Positions 10,067-19,716 of a DNA stretch of 64,000 bases are shown in pieces; positions within the stretch are counted from its first letter, which is position 1, and each line of letters starts with the position of its first letter. The stretch covers positions 1-64,000 of the IMG/VR virus record IMGVR_UViG_3300042291_000844, one strand, 5' to 3'. This DNA comes from a virus. Its lineage: Duplodnaviria > Caudoviricetes. The position numbers and the translations under genes were made by a program. The notes beneath the pieces are model-generated. The model was not told the DNA's origin and searched no databases. It worked only from the letters and a program-made list of their open reading frames with translations.

Positions 10067-10555
10067 TTAGAATTCAAGTATTGCATAATCGTAAGCTAAC
10101 GTTAATGTGATTTCTGCCGGGTCATTTGATGTCCAATCTAACTCACCAAATTGTGCGTTTAAGATAAATGCACCTTTGATTTTCCAGTTTTCGATTTTAT
10201 CACCTACTGGTCCTAACATATAGATATCAATATCTTTTTTGTAGAAATCTGCATATCCATCACGTCCTGTTAGGGATTCATGTGAAGTTCTAACCCACTC
10301 CATTACTGCTTGTGCACCTGATGGAACGATTGGGTCATACAATGTGATTTCTAAATCTTGCCACTCACCTTTACCTTTCAACTTTCTTTTTAAGTTGATG
10401 TGTTCTAATGTTACAGCTTCAAACTGAATGTTTGGTCTGTTAGCGGTTTTGATAAGATATGAAGGGATACCACCGATTTCCATGATGAAACGATTTTTCA
10501 TCTTTGGTTCAAAGTTGGTATAGAACATTTCGTTAAACTCTAATATTTCTGCCAT
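10067..10555 (-). CDS. gp19: Tail tube protein (T4 gp19-like)
   Basis: 162 aa; EPKMKNRF...WQDLEITLYDPIVPSGAQAVMEW...GAF...FGELDW...LTLAYDYA; directly after the sheath gene; TAGGAG RBS. Confidence 0.92.
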   Translation of the reverse strand: MAEILEFNEMFYTNFEPKMKNRFIMEIGGIPSYLIKTANRPNIQFEAVTLEHINLKRKLKGKGEWQDLEITLYDPIVPSGAQAVMEWVRTSHESLTGRDGYADFYKKDIDIYMLGPVGDKIENWKIKGAFILNAQFGELDWTSNDPAEITLTLAYDYAILEF

Positions 10556-10577
10556 TTTTATTTTCTCCTATTATATT

Positions 10578-10585
10578 AATAAATA
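10578..10585 (-). promoter_or_regulatory. Late-type motif
   Basis: Plus-strand AATAAATA upstream of the tube gene. Confidence 0.6.
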
Positions 10586-10609
10586 TAAGGTTTCTCTTTT
10601 TTTTAAAAT

Positions 10610-12961
10610 TTATGCTGAGAACGATGCTCCAGTCGGTAAGATGTTGAAATCTAACACGATGAATTCAGCGGTTTTTGTTGGTTGTAAGAAAATCTGTCCA
10701 GCCAATATATTTCTATCAATTACATCAGGAGTGTTATTACTCTCATCCATTATTACTCTAAATGCATATAAACCTTGTCTTTGTTGAATTGCTTCTAAAT
10801 AAGGATTAACTGTATTTAAGAATCTTGAACGAGTGGTAGAAGTATTTTGTTCGAATACTAAGTATCTTGATGTAGAAGCGATATACTTCTTAACTTTGAT
10901 AAGTAATCTTCTAACATTAATTCTATCTAACGCTGATGATTTTTCTTGTAATGTTTTCTGTCCAAATGCCACGATACCCTCGCCAGGGAAAGATGCGATA
11001 GGATTTATTTTTCCTTCGTATAATGTATCTCTCTCTGCGTGTGTTAATCTATTCAATACTGAAACTGCTCCTACGATTCCACCACGATTTAAACCAGCTG
11101 GTGCGAACCATTCTGCTGCAACCGCGTCATTTGCTGCGAAAATACCTGGCATCAATACTGATGGTGGTACTGCAGTTAATCTGTTGGTGTTTCTATCGAT
11201 TGTCTTAACCCACGGGTAGTAAGTACCTACATAGTTAGAATCTACGTTAGAACCTTCCGTTACCGCTTGGTCAATTGTATCATCTTGTCCTATTACATCA
11301 CCAATAAAGAATACATCTTCACGATTCTCACACATTTCAGTTATATAATCAAATACATATCCATGATGTCTACGAACTATACCAGGTGCTGCGATTATAT
11401 TGATATCAAAATCATCAGGATTAGATACCGCATCGATTGCTTTCTTATATGCAACCGAACCATTTGAAATTGATGTTGTAAAGCTAAATCCCTGTGAATT
11501 ACCTGCTGATATATCAGAACCTTTATCAATTGTTATTGTTGGCGTTACACCATCAAACCCACCTTGAAATCCTAATGTAAATTGTCTTTTAGCAATTTCA
11601 GTAGCATCATCATCAGTTGCTAATGTGTAACCAAAATTATATGTTGAAACTGAACCGCTTACAATAGCGGTTATATCACCATCAAATGTAAAATCAACGT
11701 TAGCTCCAGCTGTTGCTGATGCTGGGATTGGTTTTAAGTATTGTAAGTTGTTTATCTTAATTGTAGCAGTTTCTAAATCAATACCAGAATATCTATATGT
11801 AGATGATGCTGTATTGTTAGCAGAACCTGTTGAATAAATAACTGCAGGAACTAATGATTCTAAACTATTTCCAACATAAATTGGGTTAGTATATGCCTCA
11901 TGTCCAAAAGGTGCTGCTATAATAGGGAATGAACCCTCCGGTGATACTACTACTCTAACTAATTTAGAACGATTTGCATAATCACCCGATTCGTTTTGTT
12001 TACCATTTGCATCAATTGTTAATCTTCTATCACCAATTACTTTAGCAATATAGTTTGGAGATGCAGGGTCTAAATTAACGTTATTATATGTTTCTTTTAC
12101 TGATTTTTTTCTATCGGTATCACTAAATCCACGAACTACTACTGAGAATGTTGCGTAATCAGTTGCACCTGATACTCCTGCTGCTTTAACGTTAAAAATA
12201 CTTACTTTGTATTCAGTATTGTATGGGTTACCATCACCTAATGTTTCAAATTTAAATAAATCACTTCTAACACCACTAATTAATTGAGATTTAACCATTG
12301 GAGTAGATGCGTATGTTGTATCTTCAGTAAAAGCTTGTGTTGCTAATTGAATAAGTTCAACATCAGAACCACTATTAAGTGAAACTGATGAATCAGTTGC
12401 CGTTTTTTCAAAATAAGTGTAAACATATGCATTTTTAGTTCCAAATGGAGATTCTCCAAATACATCACCAATATCGTTTCCTGCTGAAGGTAATACTGAT
12501 GCTGATATGAATACTCCTAAGTTAGAACCACTAATACTAAATACAGATGCAGATACGGCTGAACTGATTACTGAACCAGTAAGTCCTACGCTTTCATCAC
12601 CTGTATTAGTTGAATGTAATGTTGCTACAATTTTTCTTCCACCTTGTTCTGTCGAACCACTCACTGCAATTGCAATTGGATTTACTTGTGAATATCCACC
12701 TAAGTGACCAACACGAACAATAGTAACTGTTCCTGCTTCTCTTAGATAGTTTTGTACTGCGTACCCTGTATAGTATGTTCCATCAGGTGTACCGAATATT
12801 TCTTCAAATTCTGATTGTGTATTTACGATAGTTGGTAAGAATGCTGGTCCTTTACTAAAAGGTCCTACTATTGCTGCTCCAATTTCTCCGATACCTTGTG
12901 ATAAAAATGATAAATCATTCTCTCTTGTGAATACACCAGGTGATACAATTTTTTCTGCCAT
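10610..12961 (-). CDS. gp18: Tail sheath protein (T4 gp18-like); start corrected to MAEKIVSPGV at 12961
   Basis: SPGVFTRENDLS N-terminus; WFAPAGLNRG, INPI, FGQKTLQ, DRINVRRL, PTKTAEFI sheath motifs; TAGGAG RBS 9 nt before the ATG at 12961. Confidence 0.95.
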   Translation of the reverse strand: MAEKIVSPGVFTRENDLSFLSQGIGEIGAAIVGPFSKGPAFLPTIVNTQSEFEEIFGTPDGTYYTGYAVQNYLREAGTVTIVRVGHLGGYSQVNPIAIAVSGSTEQGGRKIVATLHSTNTGDESVGLTGSVISSAVSASVFSISGSNLGVFISASVLPSAGNDIGDVFGESPFGTKNAYVYTYFEKTATDSSVSLNSGSDVELIQLATQAFTEDTTYASTPMVKSQLISGVRSDLFKFETLGDGNPYNTEYKVSIFNVKAAGVSGATDYATFSVVVRGFSDTDRKKSVKETYNNVNLDPASPNYIAKVIGDRRLTIDANGKQNESGDYANRSKLVRVVVSPEGSFPIIAAPFGHEAYTNPIYVGNSLESLVPAVIYSTGSANNTASSTYRYSGIDLETATIKINNLQYLKPIPASATAGANVDFTFDGDITAIVSGSVSTYNFGYTLATDDDATEIAKRQFTLGFQGGFDGVTPTITIDKGSDISAGNSQGFSFTTSISNGSVAYKKAIDAVSNPDDFDINIIAAPGIVRRHHGYVFDYITEMCENREDVFFIGDVIGQDDTIDQAVTEGSNVDSNYVGTYYPWVKTIDRNTNRLTAVPPSVLMPGIFAANDAVAAEWFAPAGLNRGGIVGAVSVLNRLTHAERDTLYEGKINPIASFPGEGIVAFGQKTLQEKSSALDRINVRRLLIKVKKYIASTSRYLVFEQNTSTTRSRFLNTVNPYLEAIQQRQGLYAFRVIMDESNNTPDVIDRNILAGQIFLQPTKTAEFIVLDFNILPTGASFSA

Positions 12962-12998
12962 TTTATTTACTCCTATTAAGTTTGTGTAATGATACACA

Positions 12999-13006
12999 TA
13001 TAAGTA
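12999..13006 (-). promoter_or_regulatory. Late-type motif
   Basis: Plus-strand TATAAGTA upstream of the sheath gene. Confidence 0.6.
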
Positions 13007-13053
13007 TTAGATACTTTTTCTAAAATATTATTTTATATATGCGTAACGTAGTA

Positions 13054-13323
13054 TTATTCTGCGATTGGTGTGAATTCTCCCGTTGTAGGGTTGTAATCAC
13101 CATCTCCGTATTTTTCATTTAAACCTTTAAATAAGGTTTCTTCCGTTATAACTAAATCCGAATGTTGTTTAGTTAATTCTGCTTCTCTTTCTTCTAATTC
13201 TGACAATCTTCTTCTTTTTTCAATATGAATTTGTCCTAATTCAGTAAAAACAGCCCCAACATCAATTCTTAATTTGTTAATTTGGTTAACCTCTTCTTCC
13301 GTAAACTTAATTTTTTCTGCCAT
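13054..13323 (-). CDS. Small coiled-coil protein (possible fibre assembly chaperone)
   Basis: 89 aa, heptad pattern, ends KYGDGDYNPTTGEFTP; late-type motif at 13359-13366. Confidence 0.75.
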   Translation of the reverse strand: MAEKIKFTEEEVNQINKLRIDVGAVFTELGQIHIEKRRRLSELEEREAELTKQHSDLVITEETLFKGLNEKYGDGDYNPTTGEFTPIAE

Positions 13324-13394
13324 TTTGATATATTTTGTTTATTAATTAGTTATATATATATAAATATATAGATTTTCCCCAAACGATAAAAAAA

Positions 13395-14666
13395 TTATCT
13401 AACAAATGAAACTGCACTACTCCAAGTCCCTTTAAGTCCTTGGTCAATTGCTCTAACTCTAACATACCAAGTCCCTGCTGATAATAGGGTATTAACTTCT
13501 ATATTAGCTTCACTCCATTCCGTATTATCCACTATGTTTGTAACAAACGTATTTCCTGTTGATATTTGTATATCATATGCAGTAATACCACCTGTTCCTA
13601 CCGATGCCGGTGCAGTCCAAGATACAAACGGAGATGCATATGCTACTGAAGTAGGTGCACCAGGCGCTGCTAAATCTGCGAATGAGTTTCCACCTTTGTT
13701 GTGAGTTACATATCCATTTACTAAATAAGTATCTACATCTTCAACGTCAATTGAAACGATTTCAGATGTTCTATTTATTAATTCAATTGATGTAATATCT
13801 TTTTCTACTAAAACTCCACCTTCTTCTTTTACTAATTTATCATTAGTTGTAATTCTAAATATTTCTTTAAATCTATATTTACCATCTTCAGAATCTTTTA
13901 CTAATAATGGATGTTCTGATGTTGCAGTTACTCCACCATTGTTTATATCATAATATTTTGATGAGAATGAGTATACAATACCCTTAACTTCTACTTCTTT
14001 TAATTCTTGACCTAATTCAGATGATGACCAATTAAAGAAATTATTATCAGAATCTAATGTTAAACCAGATAATGAATAACCTTTTAACTTATCACCTTCT
14101 ACTAAATCTCCTGCTTCTACTATTGAACCATCTGATAACACTATTGGTGAATCGATTGTTAAACATAAAGCGGTTGAGTTACCATCATACGAATCTACTG
14201 AATAAACAGTTTTATCTTTATTTGAATTGTATCCAGTTGCATGGGTATTATACCCATCTGCAAATACTGCTCTAATTGTATTAGATTGTGCACTTAAAAG
14301 TGAAGTTTGTGCTGATGGAGATTGTGGATTCATATTAGAAATTGTAAAAGTAGCGGTTGTACCACTATTTGTTCCCAATGTTATATATGAACCTGCTGCT
14401 ACACTCCATGTAAAGTTTGCCCCTCTACCACTAATTCTGGCAAAATTTGAACCAGCACCAGTAAACCCTAATGTATAAGTTTCAGTTGTAGATTCTACTG
14501 CGTATGTATAACCAGTTACCGAATCTACCGAATCAATTGCAAATGATGACATTGCAATAGGACCTGTTGAATTTCCTTTTGCTGCTGACATTGATTTTGT
14601 AGCTTGACCTGTTGCTGAAGCTAAATTATTTAAACTTTTGGTTTGTCCTGATGATAATGTTGCCAT
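13395..14666 (-). CDS. Putative virion protein containing a Hint (BIL-type) domain and a C-terminal FN3 domain
   Basis: Hint spans aa 168-323: starts CLTID, block B TSEHP, ends VTHN followed by K. FN3-like APGAPTSV..VSWTAP..Y..Y.VRVRA..G..S. Confidence 0.85.
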   Translation of the reverse strand: MATLSSGQTKSLNNLASATGQATKSMSAAKGNSTGPIAMSSFAIDSVDSVTGYTYAVESTTETYTLGFTGAGSNFARISGRGANFTWSVAAGSYITLGTNSGTTATFTISNMNPQSPSAQTSLLSAQSNTIRAVFADGYNTHATGYNSNKDKTVYSVDSYDGNSTALCLTIDSPIVLSDGSIVEAGDLVEGDKLKGYSLSGLTLDSDNNFFNWSSSELGQELKEVEVKGIVYSFSSKYYDINNGGVTATSEHPLLVKDSEDGKYRFKEIFRITTNDKLVKEEGGVLVEKDITSIELINRTSEIVSIDVEDVDTYLVNGYVTHNKGGNSFADLAAPGAPTSVAYASPFVSWTAPASVGTGGITAYDIQISTGNTFVTNIVDNTEWSEANIEVNTLLSAGTWYVRVRAIDQGLKGTWSSAVSFVR

Positions 14667-14677
14667 TTATGTTTTTC

Positions 14678-15676
14678 CTATTTGTTATAAATATCTAATA
14701 ATGAAGCAATCCACTTATTCTTATCCGTATATTTTTCAATCATATAAGTTTTTATAATATTAAACCAATATAATTTTTCAGAATAAGATAATGTAGTAAT
14801 CTTTGTATAAATATCAAAAAATTCAGTTTTAGATGATGCTCGGTATGGATATTCTAAATCTTTACACCAACTCGAATGTAGGATTGGTAATTTACCTTTA
14901 TCAACCGCTTCAAATATTGAATATCCAAATGGTTCTGATATAAACGCAGAGTGTGATATACCCCAATCCATATCATAAAATGTATCTTTAAAATCTGTAT
15001 TATAATGATATAATTTTGATTTTGAAATATCTACTTTTACACCATTTTTCCAAAGTAAATTAAATTCTTCGGAATTAGTAAAAATAAAAGTTGGAATTTT
15101 ATCTAAATAGTGTGGGTTTTTTCTTCCTTCACTTCTTGCTGCAAATCCTAACTTATTAGATTCGGATAGGGGTAGATTCCATTTAAATTCGTAAAAATTT
15201 GGTATATTAGTATTCTTATAAAGTATTTCGTATAATCCTACCCATATATTAGTTTCACACCAATCAGTAACCTCTTGTTCCCATTCTGAACTCATATAAG
15301 GATGATGACCTATTGGTAAATCACTTCCAAATTGAGATTTTAGAATATGGTCTACTGAATTGTGTAATATATTTGAATGAATTTTATCTTTATTATCTAC
15401 GATTGGTTTCATCGGAGTGTAATGTCCATGTAGGATATTAATTCTTCTTGCACCTTTACATAGTTCTTCAAATTTTTGAATATCTTCACCATGCCAATAA
15501 GTTTCTATTGGAAATTGGTAATCTTCGTGTCCTTTGGGTTTGTTTCTATGAATTAGTAGAATTGGTTTAACATCTAATTTAGGTGCTATTAATTCCATCC
15601 ATAAATTTACCCAAATATCAGAACCTGCATTGACCCAAGGTCCTCCGCCGGTTGTGTAATAGACATCGTAAACCAT
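14678..15676 (-). CDS. GT-B glycosyltransferase (GT4-like)
   Basis: FAARSEGRKNPHY and EPFGYSIFEAVDKG (E-x7-E) motifs. Confidence 0.75.
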   Translation of the reverse strand: MVYDVYYTTGGGPWVNAGSDIWVNLWMELIAPKLDVKPILLIHRNKPKGHEDYQFPIETYWHGEDIQKFEELCKGARRINILHGHYTPMKPIVDNKDKIHSNILHNSVDHILKSQFGSDLPIGHHPYMSSEWEQEVTDWCETNIWVGLYEILYKNTNIPNFYEFKWNLPLSESNKLGFAARSEGRKNPHYLDKIPTFIFTNSEEFNLLWKNGVKVDISKSKLYHYNTDFKDTFYDMDWGISHSAFISEPFGYSIFEAVDKGKLPILHSSWCKDLEYPYRASSKTEFFDIYTKITTLSYSEKLYWFNIIKTYMIEKYTDKNKWIASLLDIYNK

Positions 15677-15695
15677 TTATATTATTATTTTATTA

Positions 15696-16676
15696 TTATA
15701 ATCCGAATCTACTTTTTTGTGATTCATAATTTTGTCTAATCTCCGCAATTGATAATTCTCTATTATACACACTAAACATACCATATTTACCTACTTTATG
15801 TTCACCAAATGTATAACGAGCCATCAATGTTATAGTTCCAATTTGTGTTCCACTATTTCTCATATACAAATGAAACCATTGATTTGTTGGCAAACTTTGC
15901 ATTGAAACCGTCGTTGATACTCCGTTTAAATACCACTGGTCCCAATCTGTTCCTATGCTACCATGCCAAACCCAGCCATTAGTTGAACCAGTTCTAGCAT
16001 CTAATAAATAATTTGTGGTATTGTCATTAATATATGCCCACAAACTAAATGTTTTATAATTTCTTATACTAGAAGTTAAGCCATATGTACCTGTACCTGA
16101 AAACTCAATACAACCTCCATTAGAACTACTATATGTTGGGCCGCCTATAAAATTACAATAACCATTATATCCACCCACATCTTGCCAATGTGTTGCAAAA
16201 TCATATGAAACTGTACCTATAATATAATCACCACTATCCGAATGATTGTCATCTACATATTTTTTTATTACATAATGATTATCATCACTATCAACTAATA
16301 CTATTTTTGAAATTCTTGGGTGATGTGATTCAACCGCACTACCTTCTACATATCTCCAATAACGGTGTACTCCAATTGGTGTTGTTAAAAATCCTGTTCC
16401 TGTTTGGTATGAGTATGAGGAATTGTTTGACATTACACCACTAAATGCAGTTGTCCATGTTGAATTATCATCACTCCATTGTACTGTATAGTTTGCACTT
16501 CTTAATCCGTTAAAAACTGAATATGTTTTTACTTTAACTATATTCTTAGTTGTACTATATGATAAGGTATTACCCGCATCTAAATGATATATTAAACCAT
16601 TAGTTGATATATCATTTAATTGTTGTGATTTAACAATATTAACATCATACTTATTTCCATTTATATCAAAAGGCAT
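15696..16676 (-). CDS. Discoidin/F5-8-like plus LamG/ConA-like lectin-domain virion protein
   Basis: GLIYHLDAGN; YTVQWSDDNSTWTT...RYWRY; QWFHL..; YNRELSIAEIRQNY. Confidence 0.7.
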   Translation of the reverse strand: MPFDINGNKYDVNIVKSQQLNDISTNGLIYHLDAGNTLSYSTTKNIVKVKTYSVFNGLRSANYTVQWSDDNSTWTTAFSGVMSNNSSYSYQTGTGFLTTPIGVHRYWRYVEGSAVESHHPRISKIVLVDSDDNHYVIKKYVDDNHSDSGDYIIGTVSYDFATHWQDVGGYNGYCNFIGGPTYSSSNGGCIEFSGTGTYGLTSSIRNYKTFSLWAYINDNTTNYLLDARTGSTNGWVWHGSIGTDWDQWYLNGVSTTVSMQSLPTNQWFHLYMRNSGTQIGTITLMARYTFGEHKVGKYGMFSVYNRELSIAEIRQNYESQKSRFGL

Positions 16677-16677
16677 A

Positions 16678-17430
16678 TTATTGTCCGAATTTAGTTTTTT
16701 GTGTATTATATAATTGTTTAACTTCAGGATGGGTTAATGCTCTATTCCATATTTGTACTGAATACATATTTCCTTTAAATATTAATCCACCAAATCTTGT
16801 TCCTAATTGTAATTGGTCTCCATTATCATTTGTACCAAAATTACCTTTAGTATATTGTGAACCAGTAGCCGCTAATTCTCCTCCATACCAAGTTGTTTCT
16901 GTTGCACCATCTAAAGTCCAAACTACGTGGTAAATTCTATTTGCTTGCCAAGCTCCATCTTTATGAAATGCGGAATTTCCTTCATTGTAGGTTGGAAAAG
17001 TACCATCAATTCCATTTCTCGTATAGGTGTGAATATAACCACCTTCATATATCCCCAATTCATAATTACTATAATGTTTAGAAATCAATGCCTGTCTATA
17101 TGGTAAATTATTTTGTGGAACACTAAACCAACATGATATTGACATTTGATATTGCATTTTTAAACTCGGTGAATCCGGAATATTAACCCAATCATCTACT
17201 CCATCAAAATATATACTACCAGAATTTCCACTTTGATATACCGCACCACCTACTAATGTTCCGTTATTACCATACCCACTCATATCATACCAAACTTCAC
17301 CACTTCCCGCATATGAATTTTTAACCGAAGCATCTAAGTTCAATACCAAACCATTTTGAGGTATTCCCGTAGAACCCAATGTGTTTGCAATTGTATTATT
17401 GATTATATTTCCGTTTACATTTATAGGCAT
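16678..17430 (-). CDS. LamG/ConA-like lectin-domain virion protein
   Basis: GLVLNLDAS...WYDMSG.GNNGTL...FDGVDD...YHVV...FKG...WNRALT..EV. Confidence 0.85.
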   Translation of the reverse strand: MPINVNGNIINNTIANTLGSTGIPQNGLVLNLDASVKNSYAGSGEVWYDMSGYGNNGTLVGGAVYQSGNSGSIYFDGVDDWVNIPDSPSLKMQYQMSISCWFSVPQNNLPYRQALISKHYSNYELGIYEGGYIHTYTRNGIDGTFPTYNEGNSAFHKDGAWQANRIYHVVWTLDGATETTWYGGELAATGSQYTKGNFGTNDNGDQLQLGTRFGGLIFKGNMYSVQIWNRALTHPEVKQLYNTQKTKFGQ

Positions 17431-17433
17431 ATC

Positions 17434-18153
17434 TTATAATCCAAATCTTGTTTTTTGTATATTGTAATTATGTAATATTTCATTTGCTGATAATACTCTA
17501 TTATAAAATCTATAAACACCATAACTTACATTTGCATAACCACCATATCCAGCTCCAGGTCTATTATATGTTCCTAAAGTATGTTCACCTGCATTACTAC
17601 TTGGACCCCCAGTGTATGTTCCAGCGGTGTCTGCAGTATCTAATGCACCATTTATATACATTCTAAAATCATTATTTTTAGTTGTAACACATATATGATA
17701 CCAAGTATCCAAAGTAATTGAAGTTACGGAACTGAAAGATGCAAGGTATGCACCGTCATCATACCAAGTAAGTTGAACATATCCCGCTGAAAATTGTAAT
17801 CTTAATTCAGGATTATCAGAATTATCAATAGTTAAAAAATATCCACTATTAGCATGTCTTTTAATCCAAAATTCAACTGTATGAGTTGAAGGTGCAAATC
17901 CGGCTGTTGGTAATGTTAAATAATCATTTACACCATCTAAACGAATTGCATTATTTGAAAATGTTGGTCCATTGACTAATGTACCATTATTTCCATTTGC
18001 TGAAATATCATATATTGTAGTTCCTGTTCCATTATAAGATGCAGAAATTGCCATATCATAGTATAATTTTAATCCACCTAATGTTATATTTCTATATTCA
18101 AGTGATTTAATAATATTTGAATTCGCAATGCTACCACTTATATTTAAAGGCAT
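17434..18153 (-). CDS. LamG/ConA-like lectin-domain virion protein
   Basis: NGNNGTLVNGP...DGVND...TVEFW...WYHICVT...MYING...YNRVLSANEI. Confidence 0.85.
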   Translation of the reverse strand: MPLNISGSIANSNIIKSLEYRNITLGGLKLYYDMAISASYNGTGTTIYDISANGNNGTLVNGPTFSNNAIRLDGVNDYLTLPTAGFAPSTHTVEFWIKRHANSGYFLTIDNSDNPELRLQFSAGYVQLTWYDDGAYLASFSSVTSITLDTWYHICVTTKNNDFRMYINGALDTADTAGTYTGGPSSNAGEHTLGTYNRPGAGYGGYANVSYGVYRFYNRVLSANEILHNYNIQKTRFGL

Positions 18154-18176
18154 AATTTATGATTTTTTAATATTAT

Positions 18177-18686
18177 TTAATTAACTTCAAATGTTATTGT
18201 TAGAATAACCATATTATCATTTGAGGTGTTTACTGGTATTCTATGATAAATATTACCTGAAAATACTATTACATCACCTATTTGTACATTTGGTTTATAT
18301 TCATTCACTTTTAAACTATTATCTGCAAAATAAACTCCCCGATGTTCTAACGAATTAAATTTTAAATTTAATATACCAACATATTGGTTAGTATTTTCAA
18401 TAACATCATAACCATTTTCAGTATTGATATGAACACCAATTTCTTCATTAGGTTTTATAATATTTCCCCAAAGATTTCCAATAGTATATGTTGATTTATT
18501 TATTGTTTCTAAAAATGATGTTAATATTGGTTCAATTTCATTTTTTACAATATCCCACTCATAAGGAAATAAACCATTACAACAACTAATCTTATCGTCC
18601 AAATCTTTTGTTTGTGATATTGTGTTTACATAATTCTCAACAGAACTAATGTTATAAATTTTTATTAAGTTTTCTAAGTTGTGCAT
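18177..18686 (-). CDS. 2OG-Fe(II) oxygenase-like protein, possibly degenerate
   Basis: LWGNII.P...GVH...P..GDVIVFSGNIYHRIP.N.S..... double-stranded beta-helix pattern; the HxD/H motif reads HIN. Confidence 0.55.
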   Translation of the reverse strand: MHNLENLIKIYNISSVENYVNTISQTKDLDDKISCCNGLFPYEWDIVKNEIEPILTSFLETINKSTYTIGNLWGNIIKPNEEIGVHINTENGYDVIENTNQYVGILNLKFNSLEHRGVYFADNSLKVNEYKPNVQIGDVIVFSGNIYHRIPVNTSNDNMVILTITFEVN

Positions 18687-18699
18687 GTTTTAATTTTTA

Positions 18700-19713
18700 T
18701 TACCACCTAATCCATATTTCCCAAGTACCTTGTACTATGGTATATACAGGACCTGAAGTTCCTGTCCCCCATCTTAAATCATTTGGGAATGAACCACATG
18801 ACCCATCATAACCAGCACCAATCGCTCCTGTTGAATTTCCCCAATTACATGTTTCCTGTGAACTATTATATATTCCATGTCCGCCTGCATATCCAAAAAA
18901 CACCCTATAACCTATTTTTGTACCGGTAGTTGTAAGGTCAGAGTTACCGGCAGCATTTCCTCTAGTATTAAATCTTCTATAAGTACCATCACTCCATCCC
19001 GCCGTTGCGTATGTACTTGCATCGTAATTCACCATTAATTGTGTTATTGGTAAGTTTACATCAATTAAATTTAAAGTTGCAGCTCCTTGTGTTGGTGATG
19101 AGAATACTCTAACAAAACCATAACCTGTTCCTCTAAAATTTGGTGTATAATATAATTGATAAGTTGCACTATTTGCACCAGGAGGTGCGAAATAATATGT
19201 TCCGGCAGATTTAGATAAACTATCAAATTGTAAAACGCTTGTTGATGCATTTGTAACAGATGAACCATCACCAAATGGTGCGACAGGTATCCAACCCGTA
19301 CTACTATAATATTCTGTTTTATCTAAAGTGGTGTTAAATCTAATCATTCCCGTTACAGGTGAAGCGGGTCTTTGGGCTGTCGTTCCTTTTGGTAAAACTA
19401 CCGCATTAGTACCATCAAATGCACTATATGAGGCATCTCTTTTCATATAGAACATTCTTTGCCAATCACCAACACTTGGTTTTACATAAAATTCAAATTC
19501 ATCAGTAGTACCATTTGTTTGTATTGCACTATAATCTGTTCCACCCTTTGCAAATCTTAAATCATTTTCAGTTGTGGAATTTGCACTATCAAGCCTTAAG
19601 GCCATTGCGGTAGTAGCATCAAAAGTAAATTTGCCATAACTAGAAGCATTTAAACTACCAGTTATTGTAACATTCCCACCATTTGTTAATGTACTACTAT
19701 TATCTAATGGCAT
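18700..19713 (-). CDS. Tail-fibre-associated protein
   Basis: LPKGTTAQRP...GMIRFNTT fibre motif; Gly-rich C-terminal domain. Confidence 0.7.
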   Translation of the reverse strand: MPLDNSSTLTNGGNVTITGSLNASSYGKFTFDATTAMALRLDSANSTTENDLRFAKGGTDYSAIQTNGTTDEFEFYVKPSVGDWQRMFYMKRDASYSAFDGTNAVVLPKGTTAQRPASPVTGMIRFNTTLDKTEYYSSTGWIPVAPFGDGSSVTNASTSVLQFDSLSKSAGTYYFAPPGANSATYQLYYTPNFRGTGYGFVRVFSSPTQGAATLNLIDVNLPITQLMVNYDASTYATAGWSDGTYRRFNTRGNAAGNSDLTTTGTKIGYRVFFGYAGGHGIYNSSQETCNWGNSTGAIGAGYDGSCGSFPNDLRWGTGTSGPVYTIVQGTWEIWIRW

Positions 19714-19716
19714 AAC

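Noticed and set aside
12962-12997. Longer N-termini given by the ORF track for the sheath (12997), neck (38241), SGNH-like protein (39491) and protease (48070)
   Set aside because: The downstream ATGs have clear RBS or coupling and conserved-looking N-termini; the extensions run through promoter or terminator sequence.
13698-14165. Canonical self-splicing intein
   Set aside because: The +1 residue is Lys, not Cys/Ser/Thr, and the host protein is not a conserved enzyme. Kept as a BIL-type Hint instead.
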